64,000 nt of DNA, from assembly GCF_022539665.2 (NCBI RefSeq), contig NC_081331.1:3782001-3846000 (forward strand), read 5' to 3'. The position numbers and the translations under genes were made by a program. The notes beneath the pieces were generated by a model. That model was not told the DNA's origin. It did not search any database and was given only the letters and a program-made list of their open reading frames with translations. The stretch is from Daphnia carinata. Lineage: Eukaryota. Below, piece by piece: positions 28,101 through 41,733 of the stretch (the first letter of the stretch is position 1; every line of letters begins with the position of its first letter).

Positions 28101-31100
28101 TAAAGAAAAATCTTCTTCCTTTTTGAAGTTCTTTTTTTTTTTTTTTCGTCCTTTTCGTTTATTGTTTACGCCCGAAGAGGCAGAGTAATTTACTAGTCGT
28201 CTTCAAACTGGATATTTGAGAACGTAACGTGTGTCGTGTCTGTTCACAGCTCCCGACAGCTCGCAAATCCATCATCGGCGCACTCCCCAGTCAACTGAAC
28301 ATTCCTCTCTTACATTCTTTTCTGCCACCACCTTTTTGCTTCTAGTTTAAGAAGGTTTTTGTCTTGTTTGTTGGCTGGTAAAACGAGCCATTAAAAATAT
28401 AGGTCAGGAATTCCAACGACAAATTGTCAACTGGAGCAAAACATTTCAAGACGCTAGCGCGTTTCGCACTTGTCAACAGCGATACATATTTAAGACTCGA
28501 ATTTTCACTGGCGATAAAATATGGTCACGATTTGACCGACTTCGTTAAAAGAAAAATCCATTTCTTTAATTTGAATTGTGTCTTCACTTGAATCTTATTA
28601 CCTCAACGTTGTTAAAGGAGCGGGGGGATTTCTACTCTCAACAGTTCAACGAGATCTTCAACAAGGGACAATATGATGATCCAGTCACGTTTGTCATTCA
28701 CGAGCAATATGCATAGCATTACATAAATAAAAATAGCTCCATTTTTATGTACGATGCTAAATAGGAAATCGCGTTGGTGCAGTCCGATGATCGCGGCCGA
28801 ATTCATATCCTTTTCGAAACAGTTTCTTTTTTTTTTTTTTCTTTTGAAGGGTGTGCGCTATTTTTAATCGGAGAGCCGTGACTTGATTTCTGAGACACTG
28901 ATGTTACCCCCTCTGTTATATATGTGAACCCCCCGTTTGGTGGGAGTATGAGAGAAAAAACCAAACAAACAAGAAAGGAAAGAAAGATTACCAATAGAAG
29001 ACGAAAACAAGGCCAACGAATAATAATCACCATGGGCGGCCCACGTCGAAAAAGATAAAAGAAGTCGACGTTTAGAAAAAGAAAAGATTCTTTCCCTCAT
29101 TCTTTTTACCGCGATCGAAAACTCACAAGAGGCGGAGGAACAAAAAAAAAAAAAAAAGAAAAACCTTTGCTTTTAGATCAGGTCCGTTTCGTTGGGTTAG
29201 GCTTCAATTGTTTGAGAAATTTTCTTCTTCCCATTTTGTTGTTGTTGTTTGCTGTTGTAACCACAAGGTATGCCCACTCTCCCTTGTTAAAGAGCCTGAC
29301 CGCCCTCTTTGTCCTCAAAGGATATATTTTTTTTTTGTTTCTTCCACCGTGTGTGTACTCATTAATTGCTGCAACTGCTATCCTCATGCCCCCTCTCATT
29401 TCGTATACATATACAATATGTGTCTTCCCTCCCCTGATCTCCTCCTTCTTATAGCCTCTTTGTAAACGGGGATCGTCTATAGTGAGCCCTCCACCAAATT
29501 GGAGGTTTTAAACGCACATATAAGCGAGTGAAGAAAGAAAGAATGCTAATCGCCGTGATTTATACGATCCCACACAGTATATTGGTCAACTTTCGAATAT
29601 ATATCTTAAACGGCGATGACAGGTGAGAACAATCACGACCTTTTTTTTTCCTCATTGCCTGGCGTAAATATAGTTAGATGTATAACGGAGTTTCAACAAC
29701 AATGCGCAGCATGGTAGACAACCTGCAATCAGCAATTCAACAAATGGGAAATAAATGGCCGTATGAATCCGAATGGGACATACCCACAGCTAAGTTGCAT
29801 TGCCCTATTACTCGATAAAAAAAAAAGAAGACGCTGCCTCTTTTACATAACTTTCTTTCTTCTTTCTCATCAGCTGTAGGCTAGACATTCTAGTTAATCA
29901 TCTGCGATGAATAAAGGCAGGCTCGATAATAAGACGAAAGCGGAGAATAAATAAAAGAAAAGGTGGCCGCGTCCCAGCTTTTCTTCCTAAAGTCTTGTTA
30001 TTTCGTGTGGGAAACGACCGATGGCGTTTAAACGTTTGCATCAGCGCCAAGTTAGAAAGACATCGATTTGTTTTCACGAAGGCAAAAAAAAAAAAAAGGA
30101 AGAAGAAAACAAACGGCCCGGATGACAGGAGGCTCTACGTCGAGCGATGAGCAAAGTCTTGATTATCACGAAGAGTTTTTAACAAGGAAACCAAAAGATC
30201 TATAGCTGTTTATGAGAAAACACAATAATAACACGACAGAATGAAATGTTAATTATCTGGAAAAAGAAATTGTTCAAATAAAAACAAAAACAAAAAAAAA
30301 AAAATCTGCGATGCAAATCCCGGCTGCCGCCACTGCCGCCGTACAAGTATTGTATCGTTCGAATTGATCATTGATGTGCGGCTGGATTATTACACAATGT
30401 GAAGGCTATAGCGGCAGGATATAAATCTATTGAGCGCGCGCGTTCCTCTTCGAATAAGCGCGGATACACGCACAAAGCAAAAGGAAAAAAAAAGCTTTAG
30501 TTTGGGATGACGGCGACGTGGAAATATGCGATACAAATCGTCACGAACGGCCCCGTCTCTCTTAGTTGAAAGGGCCAGCTATTTTCAGGAGCCTGGAAAA
30601 AAAGGTACCGTTCGGGAAGGGACTTGCGCACGCGCCTCCTTTTTTTCTTTTCTTCTGCGCTTGCACCCGCAACGAAGGCGCATCCCTTCTTTATAATTAA
30701 ACCATAGATCAAAGAATCGAGCGAGACGGAAGGAAGAATTATGTCCACCAGCCGCAACTGTTGTACAACAACAACAACAACTAAAGAGCACGGTGCGAAG
30801 CCAACGTTTAACTAGGCACAGTATAGAACGAGACGGTAGGAAACATACATAAGCACATGCCAAAGAGAAATAGATGGAGATGTTCTCTCTTCGCTTCATG
30901 CAAGAATGTCGATTTCCTTCCTCTTTGTTGTTTTTCTTTCTGAGGAATTCTTGCGAGCAAAGCATCTCTCAGCCGCCAGCGAAAAAAAAAAAAAAAAGGA
31001 TGAAAGAAGAACATTCGTAATATATCATGGAGCAATATCTGTCGACGCTAACAGCGTGAGATGACACGGCCAATGGCTTCCACGTGTGTTTGATGTCATG

Positions 31101-34100
31101 TTTAATCACACGGGACCGAAAAACCGGCGCGACGAACGGGACCAAAAAATCCTGCCACGGCTGTTCTTACTCTGCTAACCCCGCCTTTCTTTTTAATGTT
31201 AACGTTCATTTCTTTTCATTCGCGGCTTTGCGCCGCTGTCGCCACACGTAGTCGACTCACGTTCGGCTCCGCTTCTTCTTCCGTTTCGCGTGTCTATTTT
31301 TTATTTGCACGCCGGCGCGGCGCGTGATGTTTATTGGAAGTCGAACGGACTTAGAAGAATCGTCGGACGGGAGAATGGAGAAAACAGGCACGGATACAAA
31401 TCAACGGAGAAAAAACTAGACACTTTTGCGGCCTCGTCGCCTATCAACTTCATCCTTTCCGATCATTAATATAAAGACTGTTATCATTACGGCGAATGCG
31501 CTATAAATGTACAACCCTTTTCAACACGCCTTTCTTTCTCCTGCCCTCTCTTCCGTGTTTTGCCGTGCTTGATTGAATCGTCAAGGTGCACCGAAAGGCC
31601 ACAGCAGCCGTATAGGAAGATGACGACCAATAAGTTTGATTTACACGCCGGATTTTCTCCAGACACGTCGCCTACCGGTTCCAGGTACTTCGCGTAATCC
31701 TTTTGTAAATCTTTTTTCAATTTCTTTTTTTTTTTTCCAGCATTGAGATTTGGCTGTGTGCGTAATCACGATTTTATTGCATTCGCCATCCATCGTTTTC
31801 TCATATCCTCGTTGATGGCGCATCTATGCGATTCGGGTCAGTTCATTCTGAGATCTCACGCCTTTCGTGCTTTCCTCACCACTTTTTTTTTCTTTCCCAT
31901 TCGTCGTCATTTTAACGACTAGCATCTGACAAGACGCCACAGTTAGTTTTCATTGTGAATCTTATGCACATTTCAGTTCGTCTTTGTTTTAACCTCAGTT
32001 CGCTCCGTCTACACCAATGTCGTGATTAGCAAAATTTCATAGCGTCCCCCTCTTGTTAACGTCCATCTTAAGAACGACTGGCTATCGTCGACGAATGCGC
32101 TCTTACATCATACGGAGGAAAACAAATTCAGAATGTTTTGTAGGTCATCCTGGAGCTCTTTCTTTTTCTCGCTAACTATACGTGCATCAGCAAAACATAG
32201 AACCTCCAAAGGGTCAAATGGAATATACATTTATATCTCACATATACATATATAAGATGTTGTATATACAATACACACATGGAGAGAAAGGCCCCCTTCT
32301 ATCCCCCCCCCCCTTTTTTCTTTGGTTCTTCTTCTTAGAGACAAATGTTCTTCTCCCTTTTAAAGCCGATTTACACGTGGCTAACCTCTTCAGCCTTCTT
32401 TTGCTCTTCTTATGTAACTTGTTGCCTACCTTCTTCCCTCTTCTTTTTCGGAGGGGGGGGGGGGTTCTTTTTTTCTTTTCGCCCCGTTATTTTCTTATTA
32501 TCATAATTTTTTTTTTTGCCTTTGTTGTTGTTGTGTGTATACGTTTTGCCTTCCATCCATCCGGACTCTCGACACATTTGTAGACATTTAGGAAGGCCTC
32601 GGTGCGTACGCGGACCACCGGAATGATAAACAGCCGTAGTGACAAGGTTCACATCTCCGTGTGTGTTGATAAGCATCCATCTAACGAGCGGCCTTTTGTC
32701 AACCTCTTCCTCGGTGTTCCAGAATTTTGTTGCGTTTCGTTTTTCTCTTGTGTGTATTTCTGTTCGTGGTTTTTCTTGCTGACCATTTGTAGGGCATTTT
32801 TTTTTTTTCGTCATGTATTCATCCCTTTCTTTGTGCCTTTACTATCTTTTTGCTAGAAAGAAAGGAAAAAAAATCAGAAGACCTTTTTTTCCAGAAAGAA
32901 GAGAAACGATCTCCAAAGAGTTTAGAAAGTTTTGCTACCATAGCGGTAGTGGCTCTCCATCCCTCTTTTAAACGTCTTTTAACTTTTTTATGTCCTCAAG
33001 GGGGTCCCACAGAACTTTGAAAATCCAAGAACAAGTTTGCCACGGCATCACCTGTACGACGTTATGACAATAATAAGGGTTCGAGGTCGAAAAAATACGC
33101 AATGACGACGACCAACCACGAGAGGCTACGCATTTTTTTGCCACCTTTCAAATCATTTATGGGCTTTCGAACATGTACGTGTTACCTGTGTATGTTGTAT
33201 TTTGAAATATATATATGTATTTTTTTAATCTTTTCCTTGAGGTGAAATCATGGAACTTGCGGGCTTCCATCATCGGACCTATACGGCGAGAATCCATCAT
33301 TTCTCTTTTAATTTTTTTTTCCCTATATTTTTACGACGATGTGGGCAACTCGCTCGAGTTAGCACACACACACACACACACGTCGACGTAAGTGGACGCG
33401 GGATAGCTTGCTTTATATGCCGGCCAGGTCAATCGTAAGGCATCGGAAGTGGCGCCGTCAACATTCACGATCCATAAAGGCTAGTCGGCTGATTATTTAC
33501 GATCCGAGTCTCACTGTTAACCGCGCTGTTAACGCTATACACCCAACCACCACTAGGCACCACACACGCACCATTCCGTCTACATTTCGTTATAAATCCG
33601 CATCATGAAGGCGAAATAATATATGCACTATGCCATATCGTTGTTTCTTAGCTTTTTTTATTGTGATTTCCATATTTCTTCTAAAAGCCGAATTTTATTC
33701 AGTTTTTTAATACGCGGAATTCATATTAGCGCCGTTCGGGACTGCTTGTGTCGTATAACTTGACGTAGCCGGACGCGCAATAGGTTTAAATTTGGCATCC
33801 GCCTATGCATGTAGTCGCACCCTTCCATTCCGGAGAAAGGAAGGCGAGACAACTTTTGCATTCACACAATAATCTAGTAATAATAAACGTAATGATAACA
33901 ATTTGGTTGGGCCTTCTTGTTGCAAAGCTTTTGCCATACGAATGACTAGGAATTGCCATACCATCAACAAAACGTCTTTTTCATTTGGGTGTATTCCTTT
34001 TGCGAACAGTTTTCGAACAGCATAGACAGCTTTCGTTACGAAATTCGGCGAGAAATTTGTGTTGGTATGTGCGGATTCATTCAATGTGTAGCCGTTCCTG

Positions 34101-35467
34101 CGCTTCGGATGGCGAGGGTTCCTCTTCGGAATATTTTTCAGTCAGCCCCAGTTTTTCTCCGGTAACCCTATACATCACCGTACATCAACACATTATAGCA
34201 AAATAAAAATAATAATTTAAAAAATCAAGACGGAATAGAATTACGAATTTGGGGTGAAGAATGGGGTAGGCAGGTATGCGCTTTGCCAGACCCAAAACAG
34301 TTGGAAAGCACGATATAGCATTGACAAGGAAATGCGAAAAAGGATGTAGATCACTTACAGCAAAACATGTTTGCATTGTTCAGCTAGTTGATCAGGTTCT
34401 CCTCCGAGGTGGCAGGAATCAGGATATTGTTCATGAAGCGGACTGTGGGGAGGGTCAGAAAACTGGTTTGAATCTCTCTCTCTTCGACAAATGCTCTTGC
34501 AATTCTTATAACGTAGTCTCTTTCTTTTTTTCTGCTCTTAAAATATATTGCTTACTGTTTTGCTTTACGGAGACCTACCGCTGCCAACAGGCCGTGACCT
34601 AACGCTTTAAAGCTGGGCCACCAGCCACTCTTCTGTTGTTTCTCATTCGGCTCGGACTTGATCTCCCCCTGCGTTGAGGTGTTCGCCATCGCGACGGGTA
34701 ACTTTTTATTTATATTTGAGGAGAACGAAAAAACAAAAACACTGTGGATTAAACAAGAAAAAAAAAAAAAAGGGGAAACACGAAACTCGTTTTTCTCAAT
34801 TCATGTAATTATACTAGGGGCAGGTAACAACAACCGCAGTCTTATGTTAAATGGCGTATGAGTAGCTCTTTTCAGATTGAAATAACGACTGACCATCGTC
34901 CAAAGAGGGAGTAATAAAAAGTCGACGATAGAACGACGTCGAGCCCGACAAGTCGTTAAGCCCTAGCGGATCACCATTATGTGGAAACTGAATTGGATAT
35001 AGAAAGTTCCGCCTAAGTAATGGACTCTTAAGAACGTCCGAGGAACCGATGGCTTTTTCCCACTTGTAACTAGATACGAATGGGCAACGCATGCAAATGA
35101 AGTCGCGGCAAGCTCTTCTCTTCTTGTCTTCCTCCAGTTGGATTTCCAGTGTTTTGGATATGTTTATTCTCCTCTGTATATAAATACGCAGCCATCGCTG
35201 ATTATCGTTTCGGTTGGTTATTGGTTGTCTACATTTATTGCTATACGAGCTATGATGACTACGACCAGACGTATCATCATAAAGATTCGTATTTACAGCC
35301 TTTTCTGTTTTCAATGGGTGATTCATATACACGAAAAACAAATGTAATTTTGGATTGTTTAGTCGTCTGCAGCATATACAAACGCCATCTATTAAGTATT
35401 TATAAAAGCACGGCCTGCTATCTATGATTTTTTACCTACAGCAAAGTCGAATATTTATCCTGGATAA

Positions 35468-36348
35468 CGCTGTCGCATACTGGCGCGCTATTATTAGCAG
35501 CACGAATGTTCAGTGTATTTAAAAAACAGCTGACTTAATGAAAAATTGAACAATTTTCCCGGAATCAGTATTTAAGTTTAAATACATTCTGAGATATTCA
35601 ACCAATTTCAGTGTCAGGTTTGCCGATGTTTGATGCAAAGTTCCCAAGTTGATTCCCTTCGCTTTTTTCATTTTATTAAGCCTAATGTAAAAAAAAAAAC
35701 CAATTTTCATGTTTAGAGATCAATTTCGAATCGGAATTATATATTTTTAATGTGTCGCTTTTAGATGATTGAATTTTGGGAAAAAAATTTAAACCCGAAA
35801 AAATAAGCCCAGCTTATCCGTCTTATAAAAATTGCTTGGTAGTTTGCGAGGCCTCCGCTAGATGCTATCACACTCGGGTGACCTTAACTGCGAAAAAGCA
35901 AAAAATTTTAAGCCCGACTTTTTCTTTTAAAATTTTTTTAACAAACAGCAAGCAATAATACATACAATTAAAATTTAACAGGGATCACGAAAATAAACTT
36001 AGTTTTTATGTAGAATTTACGGTTTTTGAATAATCTAAAGTATAAAAGCAGATGCGCAATAACAACTATGATAGCGCTGTATTGCTCTATAACTATTTTG
36101 AGTGCGCATAATTCAATAACCTTATAGATTACGGGCAAACTAACGTGTTAGTTAGAATTGGCGTTCAATTTTGAGTCTTACCTGTTTATTTTTTTTCGAA
36201 TTCTGAGAGATGTCGCGTTTTGATGATTTTCGTAAAAATAAAAACTTTTTCAATTTTCGTCAAATTCGAGATTTCGTTAAAAATACATAATTCTGATTCG
36301 AAATTGATCGCTGATCACGAAAATGGGGTGTATTTTTATATTAGGCTT
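35468..36348 (+). mobile_element. Older repeat module B copy plus an internal 72-bp inverted repeat (35678-35750 / 36277-36348); MITE-like remnant
   Basis: 35468-35628 aligns with 45812-45955. AAGCCTAAT...GATCAATTTCGAATCGGAATTAT pairs with ATAATTCTGATTCGAAATTGATC...ATTAGGCTT. Confidence 0.65.
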
Positions 36349-37322
36349 CTACTTTTTGAATTATCCGTAAAAAACAGAAAATCAAAATGGCTTCCCGCAT
36401 GCGTATTTCTAATTCAAAACAAGCGACTAAAATTTGTCTGCTAGCCCCCCATTTAGTGTCATCCAGTGGTTTGACGTGTGTACGTCCTTAAATGTATCCT
36501 GGCATCTATTTGTGAAATTTAGGCGAATACAAACGTGTCTTTTGTGTTCCTGAATTGTGTATTGGATTTGAAGTTGATTGGATGTTCCGTCTCTAAATGT
36601 GTGTAAGTGTATACTTAATTGGTATTTCCGCATCTTAGCATTACGACATCACCTTTTACTTTCTTCAAATGACATGACTAAATTTTTTTCGGATGGTGAC
36701 TTGTCCGCGATGCCTTTTTTTTGCATCATCGCTGTTTTTTTCTTTTCATATGGCGGCCATTTTTTGCCCGCCATATCATTTCCTCTCAACACGTTGTGGG
36801 CCGTTGTTGCCCACCAGCAATTTTTTGGCTAGATTTCTCCCTACCCCAGATCTACGTTTTTTTTTTTTTTTTTTACAGTTTCTTTCTTTTATTGCAAATG
36901 ATTTGCATTTTCTTGGCTTTTCACCGACAAAACACAAATTGAGATTTGCTTTTTTTCTCTTTCGTTTTGTAAACTATTTGAAAAGTTAGTAAAATCGTTA
37001 GTATACCTACACCAAGTAAGAAAAAAAGGGTGAGATTGATTAAGGCAGGGACTAAAGCAAACCCGAACCGTTACAGCTACAACTAACAACCGTGGATCGA
37101 AAGGGAAGTGCAAATTGCAATTTCAGTGCATAGTGAAATACTCGTAAAGCCAATATGCTTAAAGGGAAACTAAGGTAGGGAAAAAGGAATGAGGAACACG
37201 TTGATATGACACAGATCACAACAAATGGAAAAAGTAAAAAAAAAAGCCGATTCGGCCATACTAAACCGTACCATCTTCTTTTCTTCTTAATCCAAATGGG
37301 CGTGAATCTCTGGTTCTCGAGG

Positions 37323-39405
37323 CGGCGACCTTGTAGCTCCCACGACGATCCTCGTTGGGCCTTTTCGGTCCTTTGGCCGGCCAATCTAGATACATAAAAG
37401 ACAAAAAAACACAGTTAGTACACTTTAATTTATCAATGATACCTTTTATGGCGACGATCCCACGGCGATCTTGTAGCTCCCACGACGATCCTCGTTGGGC
37501 CTTTTCGGTCCTTTGGCCGGCCAATCTAGATACATAAAAGACAAAAAAACACAGTTAGTACACTTTAATTTATCAATGATACCTTTTATGGCGACGATCC
37601 CACGGCGATCTTGTAGCTCCCATGACGATCCTCGTTGGGCCTTTTCGGTCCTTTGGCCGGCCAATCTAGATACATAAAAGACAAAAAAACACAGTTAGTA
37701 CACTTTAATTTATCAATGATACCTTTTATGGCGACGATCCCACGGCGATCTTGTAGCTCCCACGACGATCCTCGTTGGGCCTTTTCGGTCCTTTGGCCGG
37801 CCAATCTAGATACATAAAAGACAAAAAAACACAGTTAGTGCACTTTAATTTATCAATGATACCTTTTATGGCGACGATCCCACGGCGATCTTGTAGCTCC
37901 CACGACGATCCTCGTTGGGCCTTTTCGGTCCTTTTGCCGGCCAATCTAGATACATAAAAGACAAAAAAACACAGTTAGTGCACTTTAATTTATCAATGAT
38001 ACCTTTTATGGCGACGATCCCACGGCGATCTTGTAGCTCCCACGACGATCCTCGTTGGGCCTTTTCGGTCCTTTTGCCGGCCAATCTAGATACATAAAAG
38101 ACAAAAAAACACAGTTAGTACACTTTAATTTATCAATGATACCTTTTATGGCGACGATCCCACGGCGATCTTGTAGCTCCCACGACGATTCTCGTTGGGC
38201 CTTTTCGGTCCTTTGGCCGGCCAATCTAGATACATAAAAGACAAAAAAACACATTTAGTACACTTTAATTTATCAATGATACCTTTTATGGCGACGATCC
38301 CACGGCGATCTTGTAGCTCCCACGACGATTCTCGTTGGGCCTTTTCGGTCCTTTGGCCGGCCAATCTAGATACATAAAAGACAAAAAAACACAGTTAGTA
38401 CACTTTAATTTATCAATGATACCTTTTATGGCGACGATCCCACGGCGATCTTGTAGCTCCCACGACGATCCTCGTTGGGCCTTTTCGGTCCTTTGGCCGG
38501 CCAATCTAGATACATAAAAGACAAAAAAACACAGTTAGTACACTTTAATTTATCAATGATACCTTTTATGGCGACGATCCCACGGCGATCTTGTAGCTCC
38601 CACGACGATCCTCGTTGGGCCTTTTCGGTCCTTTGGCCGGCCAATCTAGATACATAAAAGACAAAAAAACACAGTTAGTACAGTTTAATTTATCAATGAT
38701 ACCTTTTATGGCGACGATCCCACGGCGATCTTGTAGCTCCCACGACGATTCTCGTTGGGCCTTTTCGGTCCTTTGGCCGGCCAATCTAGATACATAAAAG
38801 ACAAAAAAACACAGTTAGTACACTTTAATTTATCAATGATACCTTTTATGGCGACGATCCCACGGCGATCTTGTAACTCCCACGACGATCCTCGTTGGGC
38901 CTTTTCGGTCCTTTGGCCGGCCAATCTAGATACATAAAAGACAAAAAAACACAGTTAGTACACTTTAATTTATCAATGATACCTTTTATGGCGACGATCC
39001 CACGGCGATCTTGTAGCTCCCACGACGATTCTCGTTGGGCCTTTTCGGTCCTTTGGCCGGCCAATCTAGATACATAAAAGACAAAAAAACACATTTAGTA
39101 CACTTTAATTTATCAATGATACCTTTTATGGCGACGATCCCACGGCGATCTTGTAGCTCCCACGACGATCCTCGTTGGGCCTTTTCGGTCCTTTGGCCGG
39201 CCAATCTAGATACATAAAAGACAAAAAAACACAGTTAGTACACTTTAATTTATCAATGATACCTTTTATGGCGACGATCCCACGGCGATCTTGTAGCTCC
39301 CACGACGATTCTCGTTGGGCCTTTTCGATCCTTTGGCCGGCCAATCTAGATACATAAAAGACAAAAAAACACAGTTAGTACACTTTAACGTATCACTGAT
39401 ACCTG
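37323..39405 (-). repeat. 140-bp tandem array, about 14.8 copies; unit = 83-nt exon-like + 57-nt intron-like on the minus strand
   Basis: Units start every 140 bp (37331, 37471 ... 39291) with 0-2 substitutions each. The minus strand reads AAG|GTATCA..TACTAAC..polypyrimidine..TAG|ATTGG. Confidence 0.97.
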
Positions 39406-40359
39406 TTTTTGGTGTCGCCGATCCTCGGTGTCCCGCGGTCCACGTTGACGCCCAGAGATTGCCCTCCTAATTCATTGAGAACGAAATAAAAAAAAGAACA
39501 AAGAATCGCTTTTGATTAATCAAATAACAACACCTGTCTGCTTAACGCTAGCACATATCAAGTACACGAATGACAAACAGTTTTTGACAGATAGGTCCTG
39601 AAAAAAAATTTATCGTTAATGGTGAACAGGTTAGGGAAGTTGTTGGGTTGTTAATGTTAGTAGTGTGTTGGCATATTGTGCTAAGAGGTTTGATTGCCAG
39701 TTGGTGTGCAAATTGCAAAAGGAAAATGTGGGAAATATACGGAGTGCATTGCAAGGAGGCAGTGTGGTGCAAAAGTAACCCGTGTGACGATGATTGTGCC
39801 CTAATCATCGTTTTTTTCTAATCTATCTTATGCTAACTAGACTATACACCCGTGCGAAGGCAAAACCCGGTGCTTATATGAGGCTTTCGTGGTGTGAGCT
39901 TGATTGAGAAGGCGTGAAACACTACACAAAACACCCGGAGAGATCTATCTACACTAGTGTGCACCGTGCAAGTGTGTGAACTACTGATCGGAATAGCGGA
40001 TTTTTTTTTCTTTTTTTTTTTTAAATTGAATTGCTCGAGGACATTGATGTATTCGAGGTCACTGCTTATGGGTAGATCAATAAGGGTGAAATTGGCATTT
40101 CCTCCGATTATGCTGAAATGTTCCAAAAGCCATTGACCTTCAGGTTTACGTTACCTCTCCTTTTAAATTTTGTTGCCAAGAAGTGTTTTCATCTATTTTC
40201 ATTCAGAATTCAGGAGCATAGAAATGCCCTTGTCTGACATTCAACTTCATGCTGTGTGGGGCGAAAAAAAAGGAAAGGGTAATAATATTGATGGTTACGT
40301 CATACTGTAATGGTACACCCGCTGGGGATGGCGAGCAACATCAGGGTGACATCAAATCG

Positions 40360-40394
40360 TATAAAATGGTACAGCAGAGCCAACTACAATCAGT
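40360..40394 (+). promoter_or_regulatory. TATA box + arthropod Inr core promoter of the Tyr-rich gene
   Basis: TATAAAA at 40360-40366 and TCAGT at 40390-40394 (about 30 nt spacing), 45 nt upstream of the ATG. Confidence 0.65.
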
Positions 40395-40434
40395 CGAGTT
40401 TTTATCTTCAGCAGCTTCAGTTCGTCGTGCAACA

Positions 40435-41145
40435 ATGGGTAAAGTATAACGTTTAATTAGAATAGAAATTGATGTTGATGTAATGCAAGGGTTCAGTGAA
40501 TGATTTCCTTAAATGAAATGTTGGAATGAAATTTTCAAACTTAATTCTGTACATTTGTTTGCAATGTTTCAAAGTTCTATGGCATGTTAGCAATAAATTA
40601 TGTCTTTCTTCCACGACTATAGGTATCTATGGCATTGCACTACTACTTACTGTACACTTATCGCTGGATCGAGCATAGGTGTGCCAATGGGTTCACCGGC
40701 TTCTAACTATGGTAGTTCTTAATATCAGACTTCAAGGGCTGCGCCGTACGACGTATGGAGCCCCCACTTGCTACAGTACAAAGGCGCCCGAGTACTACAC
40801 CACAACATATGCGGCTCCTACTTACCACTCGGAGGCCCCGAAATACTACGCCGCACCAAGCTATTATATAACAATGTACGCCACTCCAACATACTACACC
40901 GCAGCTGCGCCGTCTTACTACGCTGAAGCTCCAAGTTACTACACAGCAGTTGCCCCTTCGTACTACGTGGAACCTATAGCTACTACACCACAACTTATGC
41001 TGCCCCGCTTTACTACACCGCAAAAACGCCAGAGTACTACGCTACCACTTACGCCGCTCCCAGGTACTACACCGAGGCTCCAGCTTATTACACAACAACG
41101 TACGCCACTCTCAGCTATTACCCTGAGCGACCAAAGTATTATTAA
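40435..41145 (+). pseudogene. Decayed gene for a secreted Tyr/Thr/Ala/Pro-rich repetitive protein (YYTTTYAAPxYY / EAPKYY repeats; structural, cuticle- or egg-envelope-like)
   Basis: ATG-G micro-exon at 40435-40438, GT-AG intron 40439-40622, then signal-peptide-like MGIYGIALLLT.. and LIAGSSIGVPMGSPASNYGSS*YQ. Repeats KAPEYYTTTYAAPTY and SYYTTTYAAPLYY...ERPKYY* lie in different frames, requiring about 3 frameshifts and one in-frame TAA. Confidence 0.8.
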
Positions 41146-41733
41146 TTGTAAAAATTGTGCTGTCCATCAAGCTTGATGACGGGATGGTTAGGTCTTGTTT
41201 TATTATTTGCTGTCCTCGTTCCAAAATGAGTTATTACCCTGCCATGTACGTATTTATCTATAACTGGTCGTTGCATACGTATGTTGTTTCTAAATGAGAT
41301 GTTGAATACAGCCATAATGTCGTTACGGAATCCACCTGTTTTTATTCTTTATCACATAAAGCGGATGAAGCGATTTAAATTTATGTTCATACAACGTTGT
41401 AATTTCTAAACACAATAATGCATTAAGACGTATTAGTAAGAACTATATCATGCGTATTTGTAAATTTACTGTGACTTTATATATTCAATTGCGTAGCATG
41501 AAGTTGCATTGATTTATTGCGTTAGGGCATTGGTATTGTTATTGTTGTCGTGGTTAAAATCTATTTATCTTTCCTGTTTCATGATTGAATAGCAGGGTAT
41601 GGCGACATTTTTTTTCATCGCTTAAATAAATATGCCTAATATTCGGCAGAGATATCAGTTTCGGTTGGCCAGTTATGATTTCAGTTTTAGGGAAAATAGG
41701 CAAAAAGGTTGCGCTAAGCACTTGATTGACATA

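Noticed and set aside
110..33608. Numerous 60-170 aa ORFs rich in F/K or CV/HT runs
   Set aside because: Translations of poly-A/T tracts and microsatellites; no domain, codon or splice support.
37323..39405. CRISPR-like array, or genuine repeated 60-82 aa ORFs
   Set aside because: Units are near-identical along their whole length with no unique spacers, and the context is eukaryotic. The listed ORFs start at non-ATG codons and run through the intron-like part.
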